DNA of 64,000 bases from Gemmatimonadota bacterium (GCA_034521595.1 JAXHMG010000003.1:352001-416000); one strand, 5' to 3'; shown: positions 38,448 to 48,058, counted from the first letter of the stretch. Notes: a model not told the origin generated them from the sequence alone. Translations and numbers: made by a program.

Positions 38448-39068
38448 ATGGCCCATATCCCCTACGTTCCCTACGACGAAGCCGAAGGTCTGTTGGCCGA
38501 GCTCTACGAAGAGTACGGGGGGCGGAGCGGGCGCGTCGACAACATCATCCGCATTCATTCGCTGAATCCCCGCTCCATGCGGGATCACGTGCGGCTGTAT
38601 GCTCATCTGATGCGAGGTCGTTCTCCGCTGAGCCGTGTACAGCGGGAGATGCTTGCCGTGGTGGTCTCCGCCGAGAACGACTGCTTCTACTGAATCAACC
38701 ATCACGGGGCGGGCCTCCGTACGTTGCTGGGATCCGACGCGCTCCCCAAAGCGCTGGCGAAGGACTACCGAGCGGCTGAGCTCGGTCTCGAAGATCGCGC
38801 GATGGTCGAGTACGCGGTCAAGCTGACGCGGTCGCCGCACAGCGTGAACGAGAGCGACATCGAGCGCTTGCGCGAGGCGGGGTTCGACGACACCGGCATC
38901 CTCGACATCTGTCAGGTGGTCTCGTACTACAACTACGTGAACCGGATGGCCGAAGGGCTGGGCGTCGAGTTGGAGGAGGATTGGGACGCCGCGGACCTCA
39001 CGGTGACCCGCGCGGAGTTCGAAGATCGGGCGCGCCGGCGCCGGCGGGGAACCGTCGACGGCGGTTGA
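38448..39068 (+). CDS. AhpD/CMD-family peroxidase-related selenoprotein (UGA at 38691-38693 read as Sec, CxxU)
   Basis: ORFs 38448..38693 and 38724..39068 are in the same frame. Junction reads REMLAVVVSAENDCFY-TGA-INHHG, the AhpD CxxCxxxH motif with UGA at the second Cys. The C-terminal half has the canonical VVSYYNYVNRMAEGLG. Confidence 0.85.
38694..38726 (+). promoter_or_regulatory. Putative bacterial SECIS hairpin
   Basis: Upper stem ACGGGG (38704-09) pairs with CTCCGT (38715-20) around a CGGGC loop, beginning at +11 after UGA. Lower stem CAAC (38696-99) pairs with GTTG (38723-26). Confidence 0.65.
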
Positions 39069-39154
39069 CGGTTCCGGGGGGCGGTACGCGGGTCGGCCGT
39101 CACGACCGTGACGACCCGTGAGTCGATATCTGCTTTTCCGAAGAGCCACGCGCA

Positions 39155-42049
39155 ATGACCATAAACACGCTTTTCACTCGCCTCCGCATTCCTCGTCCGA
39201 TCGCACGGTGGGGGCGGGCCGTGACCACGGGTGGAGCCCTCGCGGTTTGGGTTCTGGCGGTGCCACCGAACGTGACCCCCGTGGCGGCCCAAGCGGGAGG
39301 ACAGGAGGCCGTGCTCCGCGGGACGGTACACGCCCAGGGCACCGGACCGCTCGAGGGCGTATCCGTGACCTGGGAGCCCGAGGGACGGACCACCTCGACC
39401 GGCACCGCCGGTCGCTTCGAGCTCAACGTTCCGGAGGGGCGGGCCGGAACGTTGACGTTCGAGCACCCGACGCACTTTTCCGAGGAACGATCGACCCCGG
39501 CGCTGGGCCCGGGGGAGGTCCGGAGCTACGCGGTCACCCTGTCGCCCGTCTATGCCGTGGACGCGCTCGAGGTCGTCGCGCCGCGGCAGCGCCCCCTGTT
39601 GAACACGGACGATGCCGAAACCGGCGGCGCCGTGGAGCCGTACGAGCTCCGCGCCCTCCCGACGGAGTCGCGGCAGCCGCTCAACCTGGCGTTCAACGTG
39701 CCGGGGGTTTCTCAGGCCACGGGCTTCTTCGGTGACGCGCCCCCGCTCACGATCCATGGCGAGAACGCGCTCTACACGCAGTACACGATGGACGGTCTCG
39801 ACAACAACGAAGGATTCCTCGGAGGGCCGCGAGTCCAGCTTCCCCTGTCCGGCCTCGAGCGCCTGACCGTTCATGCCGCCACGTATCGGCCGGCGTTCGG
39901 ACGGACCAGCAACGGGGTGGTCGATGCGGAAACCCGTGCGGGAGGAAGTGAGTGGTCGGGGGAGACCTTCGTGGTGAATCGGCCGGGCACACCGATCGAT
40001 GCCGACCCGAAGTTCACACCGGCCGGCGTGGACCCGGAGGGCTTCGAGCGGACGCAGGTGGGTGGAGCGTTCGGCGGCCCGCTAGTGGCTGACCGGACGT
40101 TCGTGTTCGGCGCGGTCGAGTATACCAACGAGCAAGAGGATCGGATCGGCTCGACGGCCCGCACGGACTTCCTGGGCACCGAGGAGCGCGAGACGTGGAA
40201 GGCCCTCGCACGCATCGATCACGGGTGGTCGCCGTCCCAGACGACGACGCTACGGTTCGCTTTCAGCGACGAGCGACGCAAGGGTCAGGGCGGAGGCGTG
40301 ATCGTGCCGGAGGCCGACATCACGACGCGGAGGATCGGGAGCCTCACCAACGTCACGCACCGGACCTCCCTACAAGGCGGTCAGGCGAGCAACGAGCTCT
40401 CCTTCCAGATCGGCACGTTCACCTGGGACTTCCCACCGACGGCGAGCGACCTCGAGACGCCGCGGGTCGAGATCCGGTCCCCGGACGGCGAGACTCAGGC
40501 AGTGGTCGGCTCGAGCAACTTCATCTTCGACGAGTCCGAGCTCCAGTTCCAGATCAAGGAGCTGTTCGAAGCCCGCCTGGGGGATCGACATACGCTGCGA
40601 GCCGGTGTCGACGTCGTGCGGTCCGACTTCGAGCTCCTCGGAGCGAACACCAATCCGGAAGGGGCCTACGTCGTGATCGACGAGGGGAACATCGAGCCCT
40701 CGGGGCGTTTCCTCTCGATCAGCGATGTTCCGGACGATGTGCGCGTGTTCAGCTACACGATCGACGCCAACCCGCAGCAGGTGAATCTGAGCCAGACGCT
40801 CTGGAGCGCGTTCGTCGAGGACCGTTGGCGGATCACACCCTCGCTCACGGTCCAGGCGGGCTTGCGTTGGGACTACGACGACATCACCTCACGGGGCCGG
40901 AGCGATCCCGATCTCGACAACATCCAACCCCGCGCTTCGTTCAACTGGTTCGCCACGCCCAACAGCGTGGTGCGCGGTGGTTGGGGGCTCTACACCGGGA
41001 AGTTTCCCTACAGCGTGTATTCCGATGCCGTGCAGTTCGGTGAAGAGGGGAATGCGGTCGTTACCTTCACGGAGGGCACGGCCTTCCCGCCGCCCGATTT
41101 CGGCGAGGGGCCTTCGGCCGCCGAGATCGAGGCTCTCGAAGACGACCTGCCCCCGCGGGAGGTACGGCGCATGTTCGCCAACGGGTTGGAGCAGCCCTAC
41201 GCCTCACAGGCTACCATCGGCTATCAGCGGCAGCTCGGGGACGTCTGGAGCGTGTCCGTGGACGGCGTCTGGGTCGAGACGCGCAACCTGCCGCGGTCGT
41301 GGGACCTGAACGCCATCGAGCGCACGCTGCAGCCGGGCGACACGATCGACCGGAGTCCGGAGTTCGGAGACCAGTTCCGGCCCATCGAGCCCGTCCCGGG
41401 CGGCTTTCGGAGATTGACGACCACCGATTCCGGAGGGGAGAGCCGCTATCTGGGGCTCCACACCACGGTCCGCCGGCTTCTCGCGGACGGATTCGCGGTG
41501 GAGGGGACGTGGGTCTGGTCCGAGGCGAAGAACGACACGGAGGACATCAACTTCCATGCGGTTCAGGGCAACGACTTCGAGTCGGAGTGGGCGCCGGCGG
41601 TCAACGACCGGACCCATCAGGTCACGGCGCGCGGGGTCTGGGCGCCGCTCGAAGCGCTCGAGGTCGCCGGCGTGATCGACTGGCAGACGGGAACGCCCGT
41701 GAACCGGATCGCCTTCCAGCGGGACCTCGACGGCTCCGGGCCCATCTTCGGGAACGGCTTCGTCGGAAATCACGACCGCTTTCCCGGGGTCTCGCGTAAC
41801 ACCGGGCGGCTTCCCGACGCCTGGCAGATCAACGGGAGCGTCGCCTACGACATCGACGTGGGGCCGGGGGAGCTCGGCCTGCGGGCCGAGGCGTTCAACA
41901 TCTTGAACCGCACGAACTTCACGGGCTTCGTCAACGGTATTCCCGGAGGAGGCCCGAGAACCCAGAACGGCCGCCCGGGTGATCCGATGGAGTTCACGAC
42001 GGCCGCGCCGCCCCGACAGTTCCAGTTCTCGGCGCAGTGGGCTTTTTGA
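39155..42049 (+). CDS. TonB-dependent receptor with N-terminal carboxypeptidase-regulatory-like domain
   Basis: Signal peptide, YTMDGLDNN plug motif, GLRWDYD, PRASFNW, EAFNILN, C-terminal aromatic (QFSAQWAF). Confidence 0.92.
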   Translation: MTINTLFTRLRIPRPIARWGRAVTTGGALAVWVLAVPPNVTPVAAQAGGQEAVLRGTVHAQGTGPLEGVSVTWEPEGRTTSTGTAGRFELNVPEGRAGTLTFEHPTHFSEERSTPALGPGEVRSYAVTLSPVYAVDALEVVAPRQRPLLNTDDAETGGAVEPYELRALPTESRQPLNLAFNVPGVSQATGFFGDAPPLTIHGENALYTQYTMDGLDNNEGFLGGPRVQLPLSGLERLTVHAATYRPAFGRTSNGVVDAETRAGGSEWSGETFVVNRPGTPIDADPKFTPAGVDPEGFERTQVGGAFGGPLVADRTFVFGAVEYTNEQEDRIGSTARTDFLGTEERETWKALARIDHGWSPSQTTTLRFAFSDERRKGQGGGVIVPEADITTRRIGSLTNVTHRTSLQGGQASNELSFQIGTFTWDFPPTASDLETPRVEIRSPDGETQAVVGSSNFIFDESELQFQIKELFEARLGDRHTLRAGVDVVRSDFELLGANTNPEGAYVVIDEGNIEPSGRFLSISDVPDDVRVFSYTIDANPQQVNLSQTLWSAFVEDRWRITPSLTVQAGLRWDYDDITSRGRSDPDLDNIQPRASFNWFATPNSVVRGGWGLYTGKFPYSVYSDAVQFGEEGNAVVTFTEGTAFPPPDFGEGPSAAEIEALEDDLPPREVRRMFANGLEQPYASQATIGYQRQLGDVWSVSVDGVWVETRNLPRSWDLNAIERTLQPGDTIDRSPEFGDQFRPIEPVPGGFRRLTTTDSGGESRYLGLHTTVRRLLADGFAVEGTWVWSEAKNDTEDINFHAVQGNDFESEWAPAVNDRTHQVTARGVWAPLEALEVAGVIDWQTGTPVNRIAFQRDLDGSGPIFGNGFVGNHDRFPGVSRNTGRLPDAWQINGSVAYDIDVGPGELGLRAEAFNILNRTNFTGFVNGIPGGGPRTQNGRPGDPMEFTTAAPPRQFQFSAQWAF

Positions 42050-43290
42050 TCCGGCTTCCGGAGGTGGCCCGCCTCGGAGGATGCGCCGCCGGGCTCCTCG
42101 CGATGGCGCTCGCGGGTTGCGGCTCGGATTCGGAGTCCGGTCTCGACGCGTCGACCCTGGCTGGGCTCCCCTGGGACAGCGTGGTCGAACGGGCGCGCGG
42201 GAGCGAGGTCGTCTGGCGGCTGTGGCGGGGGGATCCGGCCATCAATAGCTACGTGGACGAGTGGGTGGCGCCTCGGCTCGCGGAGCGCTACGACATCCGG
42301 TTGAGGGCCGTCGATGGGCAGGGGGCCGAGCTGGTGAACGCGTTGGTCGTCGAACGGGAAGCCGGGGCCCGGGGGGGTGCGGACCTCCTCTGGATCAACG
42401 GGCAGACCTTCCACAACCTCAGGAGGGAGGACCTCCTGCAGGGCCCTTGGGCGCACGCGCTCCCGTCCGCGGCGTTCGTCGACAGCGCCTCGACCATCGT
42501 CATGCGGGACTTCGAGCAGGACCTGGAGGGCTACGAGTCTCCCTGGGGACGGGTGCAGTTCGCGTTGATCTACGACACCCTGCGGACGCCTACGCCACCG
42601 CGCACCGTGGAGGAGCTGGGCCGCTGGATCGACGAGCATCCCGGGCGCTTTACGCACGACCAGTCGTTCACCGGCATGACGTTCCTCAAGACGCTCATGT
42701 ACGCGCGTGCGGGAGGGGTAGAGCGGTTCGAGGGTGGCTTCGACGAAGACGCGTACCGGGTGGGACGTGATTCCGTGTTCTCGTGGATCGAGGCGCACCG
42801 TGACGATTTCTGGCGGGAGGGGAACGTCTATCCTTCCGGCGTCGCGGACCTGCATCGCCTCTTCGCGAACGGCGAGGTGGACTTTTCCATGTCGAACAAT
42901 GAGAACGAGGCTGTGACCAAGGCGCGGCAGGGCGTGTTGCCGGAGAGCGCCCGTCCGCTGGTGTTGCGCGAAGGCACGATCGCGAACGCGCACTACGTGG
43001 GCATCCCGTTCAACGCCCCCAACCCGGCGGGGGCGATGGTGGTGGCCGACTTCCTGCTCTCACCCGAGGCACAGCTCGAGAAGCGCCGACCCGAGGTGTG
43101 GGGGGACGGGACCGTGCTGGACCTCGATCGGTTGCCCGACCGGTGGCGCGCTCGCTTCGATGCCATCGAGGACGGGCCCCGGGCGGTTCCTCGAGATACC
43201 CTGGCCCGGTATGCGGTGCCGGAGGTCGCGCCCGAATACCATGAGCGCCTTCAGGAAGATTGGCGCAGGCACGTCCGCGACGGGGGATGA
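42046..43290 (+). CDS. ynjB: ABC transporter substrate-binding lipoprotein, YnjB-like
   Basis: Lipobox MALAGC. WRGDPAINSY, DLLWINGQTF, ESPWG, FTGMTFL and FLLSPEAQ resemble the YnjB family. TTGA overlap with the receptor stop. Confidence 0.85.
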   Translation: MIRLPEVARLGGCAAGLLAMALAGCGSDSESGLDASTLAGLPWDSVVERARGSEVVWRLWRGDPAINSYVDEWVAPRLAERYDIRLRAVDGQGAELVNALVVEREAGARGGADLLWINGQTFHNLRREDLLQGPWAHALPSAAFVDSASTIVMRDFEQDLEGYESPWGRVQFALIYDTLRTPTPPRTVEELGRWIDEHPGRFTHDQSFTGMTFLKTLMYARAGGVERFEGGFDEDAYRVGRDSVFSWIEAHRDDFWREGNVYPSGVADLHRLFANGEVDFSMSNNENEAVTKARQGVLPESARPLVLREGTIANAHYVGIPFNAPNPAGAMVVADFLLSPEAQLEKRRPEVWGDGTVLDLDRLPDRWRARFDAIEDGPRAVPRDTLARYAVPEVAPEYHERLQEDWRRHVRDGG

Positions 43291-44156
43291 GCTCCCGGTC
43301 GGGGCGCTTCGGGATCGCCGCCGCGGCTCTCTTGGCCGCGCCCGTCCTGGTCGGCGCGCTCTACGCGGCCGCCGGGGCCCTGGGCCTCGTGGGGCCGGGC
43401 GCGTCTGGGCGTCCTTCGCTGGCCCGCGCGGTCCGCGTGCTCACGGAGCCGACCGTGGTACAGGGCACTCTGTGGATCTTGTGGGTCGCCGGGGCGTCCA
43501 CGCTCCTGTCCGGAACGGTCGCGGGTGGGATCGCGGTGGTGCTCAGAGGGCGTGGCAAGTTGGAAGGGCTCGGTCGCGGCCTGGCCGTGCTGCCTCTACC
43601 GGTACCGCATCTCGTCGCTGCGGTCGGGGGATTGCTCGTTCTCGGACAGAGTGGCTTACTCGCGCGTGTCGGGTTCCACGCCGGACTGATCGACGGCCCG
43701 GCGGAGATGCCCGCGCTGGTCTACGATCCGCTGGGCGTCGGGTTGATTCTGGCGCTCACGTGGAAGGAGGTCCCGTTCTTGACGCTCGTCGCGGTCTCGG
43801 TCCTGGGCACGCGCGGGGATGCGCTCGAACGAACCGCTCGAGGGCTTGGCGCGGGTGCCGGAGACGTATTCCGGCGCGTCACCTGGCCGATTCTGTGGCG
43901 GGGAATGCTGCCCGCCGCGGTCGCCGTGTTCACCTTCGTGGCGGGGAGTTACGAAGCCGCCGTGATCCTGGCCCCGAGCGACCCTCTCCCACTCCCGGTG
44001 CTCACGTGGGAGCGGTTCGTCGATGCGGGGCTTGCCCGTAGGGCGGACGCCTACGTGCTCGCTCTTCTCGGGTTGGGGATCGCCGCCGTGGCAGTGGCCG
44101 CGCACGAGATCGTCCGAGCCCGGCTGCCCGGACTCGACGGAGGGTCGCAGGCGTGA
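43287..44156 (+). CDS. ABC transporter permease (YnjC N-half-like)
   Basis: Multiple TM, PHLVAA, WKEVPF, EAA-loop LERTARGLGA. ATGA overlap. Confidence 0.88.
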   Translation: MSSRSGRFGIAAAALLAAPVLVGALYAAAGALGLVGPGASGRPSLARAVRVLTEPTVVQGTLWILWVAGASTLLSGTVAGGIAVVLRGRGKLEGLGRGLAVLPLPVPHLVAAVGGLLVLGQSGLLARVGFHAGLIDGPAEMPALVYDPLGVGLILALTWKEVPFLTLVAVSVLGTRGDALERTARGLGAGAGDVFRRVTWPILWRGMLPAAVAVFTFVAGSYEAAVILAPSDPLPLPVLTWERFVDAGLARRADAYVLALLGLGIAAVAVAAHEIVRARLPGLDGGSQA

Positions 44157-44965
44157 CGCGCGCGACGAGGTTCTCGGCCCTTCCTTCGCTCCGGGCCTGG
44201 CTCGTGGTGTTGCTCGCCGCATGGTCCCTCCTCCCGCTCGTGTTGCTCGTCGTGATCTCCGTCAGCGGAGGATGGCGCTTCCCTTCGTTGCTCGGAGCCG
44301 ACCCGGGGCTCGATGCGTGGCGGAGCCTGAGACAGAGCACCGGTCGTCTGCTCCCCGCACTCTACACCAGTCTGGGACTCGGCGTCGGCACTGGGGGCCT
44401 CGCTGCGGTGTTGGGGCTGCCGATCGGCAGGGCTCTGTCCGACCTGCGAGGCGTGTGGAGATTCGTCGGTGCCGGATGTGCCTTTCTCCCCGTGGCCGCA
44501 CCGCCGCTCGCACTCGGCGTGGGGCTCCAGTACAGCTTCCTGCGCGCGGGACTCGGCGGGAGCGCAGTCGGTGTGACGCTGGCGCATCTGATTCCCGCGC
44601 TCGGCTACACGTCCCTTTTCTTCCTGGGCGTATTCGCGGTGTTCGACCGCGGGGTCGAGGCGGAGGCCCGGCGACTGGGGGCGGGCGGGTGGCAGACCTT
44701 GACACGGGTCACGCTGCCGCTGCTGCGACGCCCCCTGGCCGAAGCGTTCGTGCTGGGGTTCCTGGTCTCGTGGGCACAGGTGCCGTTGACCTTGCTGGTC
44801 GGTCAGGGGCGGGTGCGGACCCTGACGGTCGAGGTGCTGTCGTGGGTCCAGGCCGGTCAGGATCCGCTCGCCGCGGCGGGCGCGACGCTGCTCGTGATTC
44901 CGCCGCTGCTTCTGATGGGAGCGGCCGCGCTCGGGTTCCAGCGAGCGCAGGTGGTGGCGCCGTGA
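44153..44965 (+). CDS. ABC transporter permease (YnjC C-half-like)
   Basis: Multiple TM, EAEARRLGA EAA loop, FLVSWAQ. GTGA overlap. Confidence 0.88.
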   Translation: MTRATRFSALPSLRAWLVVLLAAWSLLPLVLLVVISVSGGWRFPSLLGADPGLDAWRSLRQSTGRLLPALYTSLGLGVGTGGLAAVLGLPIGRALSDLRGVWRFVGAGCAFLPVAAPPLALGVGLQYSFLRAGLGGSAVGVTLAHLIPALGYTSLFFLGVFAVFDRGVEAEARRLGAGGWQTLTRVTLPLLRRPLAEAFVLGFLVSWAQVPLTLLVGQGRVRTLTVEVLSWVQAGQDPLAAAGATLLVIPPLLLMGAAALGFQRAQVVAP

Positions 44966-46074
44966 GCGTTCTCGAAGTCGAAGGTCTGGCGGTCCCCTTC
45001 GGGCACGAGCCGGGCTTGCGGGAGATCTCCTTCACGGTGGGCCGCGGCGAGCGTTTCGTGCTCGTCGGTGCCTCCGGAGCAGGGAAGACCAGCCTGCTCA
45101 ACGCGATCGTCGGCTCACTCGAACCCTCGGCCGGGCGAGTCCGCATCGGTGGAGACGACGTGACCCGGTGGACGGTGAACCGGAGACCTTGCGTCCTCCT
45201 GTCGCAGACGCCGCTACTCTTTCCACACCTGACGGTCTTCGAGAACGTCGCCTTTCCGCTCAGGGTGAGGCGCGTGCCGTCCGGAGAGCTAAAGGAGCGC
45301 GTGGAGGAGGCGCTCGCCGCCGTGCGCATGAGCGGATACGACGAGCGGCGTCCGGCCACGCTCTCCGGAGGCCAGGCGAGACGGGTCGCGCTCGCCCGCG
45401 CGGTGGTCTCCCGGCCGCCGGTGCTCCTTCTCGACGAGCCTCTCTCCGCGCTCGACGCCACGCTGAAGGACGAGGTTCGGAGAACGATCCTGGACCTCCA
45501 CGCCGACTACCGGCCGGCCCTCGTCATGGTGACCCACGATCTCGCGGAGGCCGGACGGATCGGTGATCGCATCGGGGTGCTGGTGGGTGGAACGCTGGCG
45601 CAGGTGGGGATGCCCGAGGAGATCTTTCGGGGGCCTGCCACGCTGGAGGTGGCGCGGTTCCTCGGGCTACCGAACGAGTTGGACGGTGTCGTGGAGAAAG
45701 ACGGAGCGCTGCGCGTCGGCGGCGTGTGTGTCCCGCGCCCGAACACGGGGTGGAGCGGGAATCTCGGCACCGGGCCGGACTGCGGCCGACGGCAGGTGCG
45801 TGTCGTTTTCGGGCCGGACGGTGCCGAGCTCGCCGCCGTCGGATTTACGAGCAACGATGGCGGGGCGTGCACGGGTCGGGTGGAGGAGGTCGTGCACCGA
45901 CCCGATGGCGTCAACGTGCGGGTTCGAACCGAGCTCGGCGTCGTCGAGCTCGGCGTCTCTCCCGACCGGATTCCCGCGGTGGGCCGGGACGTGGCGCTAC
46001 GGCTTCGGGCGGGGAGTGTGCACCTCTATGGCAACGACGCCGGATCCTCCGGAGGTCGTTCCGTCCCGTCATGA
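44962..46074 (+). CDS. ABC transporter ATP-binding protein
   Basis: Walker A GASGAGKT, LSGGQ, LLLDEP, VTHD, TOBE-like C-terminus. GTGA overlap. Confidence 0.92.
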   Translation: MSVLEVEGLAVPFGHEPGLREISFTVGRGERFVLVGASGAGKTSLLNAIVGSLEPSAGRVRIGGDDVTRWTVNRRPCVLLSQTPLLFPHLTVFENVAFPLRVRRVPSGELKERVEEALAAVRMSGYDERRPATLSGGQARRVALARAVVSRPPVLLLDEPLSALDATLKDEVRRTILDLHADYRPALVMVTHDLAEAGRIGDRIGVLVGGTLAQVGMPEEIFRGPATLEVARFLGLPNELDGVVEKDGALRVGGVCVPRPNTGWSGNLGTGPDCGRRQVRVVFGPDGAELAAVGFTSNDGGACTGRVEEVVHRPDGVNVRVRTELGVVELGVSPDRIPAVGRDVALRLRAGSVHLYGNDAGSSGGRSVPS

Positions 46075-46643
46075 TGACGCAGTCGCATTTTCTGGTCTCG
46101 GGCTTGCTGGCCCATGGGCTTCGTCGGCGTGAGCTCGACGTGCGCGTGCCCGCGTTCCTGGTCGGCTCGGTTGCGCCGGACCTTCCCCTCACGCTCCTCA
46201 CCGTCTGGTTCTACTACGTGCCGTTGGGCGGCCTGGCGAGCACCCACGACGACCTCTTCGGCCCACTCTACGATCAGTATTTCTTCGAAGACCCCTTCTG
46301 GATCGTGTCGCACAACACGCTCCACGCGCCCCTCGTTCTGATCGCGTTGATCCTCGTGGGGCGGGCTCTGACGCGACGAGGCCTGGGTCTCGGTCCAGCC
46401 CTCGCTTGGTTCGCGATCGCGGCGCTGCTCCACTCGGCGATCGACGTCGTCACGCACGTGCAGGACGGACCGCTCCTGTTCTTTCCGTTCGAATGGTCGT
46501 ATCGCTTCCCGGCGCCGGTGTCGTATTGGGATCCGCGCCACGGGGGCGCGGTGTTCTCCAGGGTAGAGTGGGGCCTCGACCTCGCGATCGTCGCCTACTT
46601 TCTGGTGTTCTGGTGGCGTGAGTGGCGGCGGGGCGCGTCATGA
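46071..46643 (+). CDS. Membrane metal-dependent hydrolase (YdjM-like)
   Basis: N-terminal SH, GSVAPD, HNTLH, HSAIDVVTH, FFPF. ATGA overlap. Confidence 0.8.
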   Translation: MMTQSHFLVSGLLAHGLRRRELDVRVPAFLVGSVAPDLPLTLLTVWFYYVPLGGLASTHDDLFGPLYDQYFFEDPFWIVSHNTLHAPLVLIALILVGRALTRRGLGLGPALAWFAIAALLHSAIDVVTHVQDGPLLFFPFEWSYRFPAPVSYWDPRHGGAVFSRVEWGLDLAIVAYFLVFWWREWRRGAS

Positions 46644-46933
46644 GCGGCCTCGACCAGTACGGTGAGGCGGTCGGGAACGTCTTCAACATCTACCCTGAAT
46701 CGATGCCGGACTGGATCGAAGATTGGCTGCCGAACGACGAGTCGGGGTACTTCGCGGGCAACGTCGGCCCGGGAAGGATCGACTTCCGGTTCTTCGCGCA
46801 GGGGAACCTGATGGCCTGTTTCACGGGTCTGGCCACGCCGGCGCAGCGCGACGGCCTGATGTCCTTGGTCGAGACCCGGTGGAGCGAGCTCGTCGGCGAG
46901 GCCCCGCTGCGGATCGTGTATCCGGCCCTATAG
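46640..46933 (+). pseudogene. Internal fragment of a GH100 alkaline/neutral invertase
   Basis: NVFNIYPESMPDW..GYFAGNVGPGRIDFRFFAQGN..LATPAQ..RWSELVGEAPLRIVYPAL matches the GH100 mid-region. Only about 97 aa, ending in TAG. Confidence 0.8.
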
Positions 46934-47099
46934 GCAGCGACCGAGCCGCCGCGGCGTCGAGGAAGAACACGGATCGTGGGTTCTCCACGCGGCCGGCGGG
47001 AGTCGACCGGCTCCCCTTGTTTCGGGGCTCCTTGGATCCGTCGGGCCCATCGCCGGTTCCGTCGCGCCTTTAATGGGGTCGGAAGCGCGTGTGTGTTCC

Positions 47100-47125
47100 G
47101 GAACTACCGTGGCGAGACGTCGGTT
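47100..47125 (+). promoter_or_regulatory. ECF promoter GGAAC-N18-GTT upstream of the cupredoxin gene
   Basis: GGAAC 47100-04, GTT 47123-25; SigH/SigR-type consensus. Confidence 0.6.
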
Positions 47126-47163
47126 CTTGAGTGCCATCTCGACTTCTACCGGAAGGTTGAAAC

Positions 47164-48021
47164 ATGTGCGCTCTCACTCCTCCGAATCTTAGTCGCCGAC
47201 AGTTTCTGGCAGCGACTTCCTTGTTGCCGATCGGCCTGTTGCTTTCGAGTTGCCGCGACGACGGTGCCTCCGATACTGCGTCCCGCTCCGCCGTGGGGAG
47301 TCACGCCCCCGGTGACACCACGGGACTCCCGCCCCGGGTCGTCGCGCTACGGAGCGAAGCCGGAACCTTTCGCTTCGACCCCGTGGGCATCTTGCTGGAG
47401 CCCGAAAGCGACCTGCATTGGCTCAATATGGGTGATTTCCATACAACGACCGCCTTTCATCCTGAGTACGACGACCTCCTGGCTGCAGGGGTACCGCTGC
47501 GCATACCGGAGGAGGCCGAGCCATGGCACAGCGGCATGTTGGGGCTGACCGCGGGGACCCAGTTCACGCATCGATTCACGGTGGAGGGCGTGTACGACTA
47601 TTTCTGCCAACCCCACTACAGCTTCGGCATGGTGGGCAGGGTCGTCGTGGGTCGACCCGGATCAGGACCGGCTGTGGGCAACCCGTTGCCGGAGACGCCT
47701 CCCACGCTTCGGGAGAACATGCCTGCCGTGGACGAGATCGTGGGTCCGGGGGGCGTGGTGTTCGAGTGGTCCGCCCGAATCAATGGCGTGCTCTTTCAGG
47801 CAGCCAACGGAGACGACCCCGCTCGGTTCGCGACGGAGGTTGCCCGAGGGATGAAGGAGCACCCGGCGCTTCGCGACTACCTGGGAGAGCGTGGCCGCCG
47901 CCTGGAGGAGGAGATGGCTTCCTTCCGGGAGGCCGCGGTTTCCGGAGAAGGCTACGAGACCTTGGTCCGACGAGCCGACGCGGCCAAGGAGATCCTCCAA
48001 GCGAGCCGAGGCCGGGGCTGA
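47164..48021 (+). CDS. Tat-exported cupredoxin lipoprotein (halocyanin/plastocyanin-like) with helical C-terminal extension
   Basis: SRRQFL Tat motif, LLLSSC lipobox, type-1 Cu ligands H(TTTAF)...YFCQPHYSFGM. Confidence 0.88.
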   Translation: MCALTPPNLSRRQFLAATSLLPIGLLLSSCRDDGASDTASRSAVGSHAPGDTTGLPPRVVALRSEAGTFRFDPVGILLEPESDLHWLNMGDFHTTTAFHPEYDDLLAAGVPLRIPEEAEPWHSGMLGLTAGTQFTHRFTVEGVYDYFCQPHYSFGMVGRVVVGRPGSGPAVGNPLPETPPTLRENMPAVDEIVGPGGVVFEWSARINGVLFQAANGDDPARFATEVARGMKEHPALRDYLGERGRRLEEEMASFREAAVSGEGYETLVRRADAAKEILQASRGRG

Positions 48022-48032
48022 ACAGCCGGTCG

Positions 48033-48058
48033 GGAACGATTCCGTAACCCGTCCCGTT
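48033..48058 (+). promoter_or_regulatory. ECF promoter GGAAC-N18-GTT
   Basis: GGAAC 48033-37, CGTT 48055-58. Confidence 0.6.

Noticed and set aside
39069-39154. TPP or cobalamin riboswitch ahead of the TonB/ABC operon
   Set aside because: Only 86 bp and lacking the conserved cores (e.g. CUGAGA). A hairpin at 39089-39118 exists but is unassigned.
46931-46933. TAG read-through (pyrrolysine) in the GH100 fragment
   Set aside because: No clear in-frame GH100 similarity after the TAG, and the N-terminal part of the gene is also missing.
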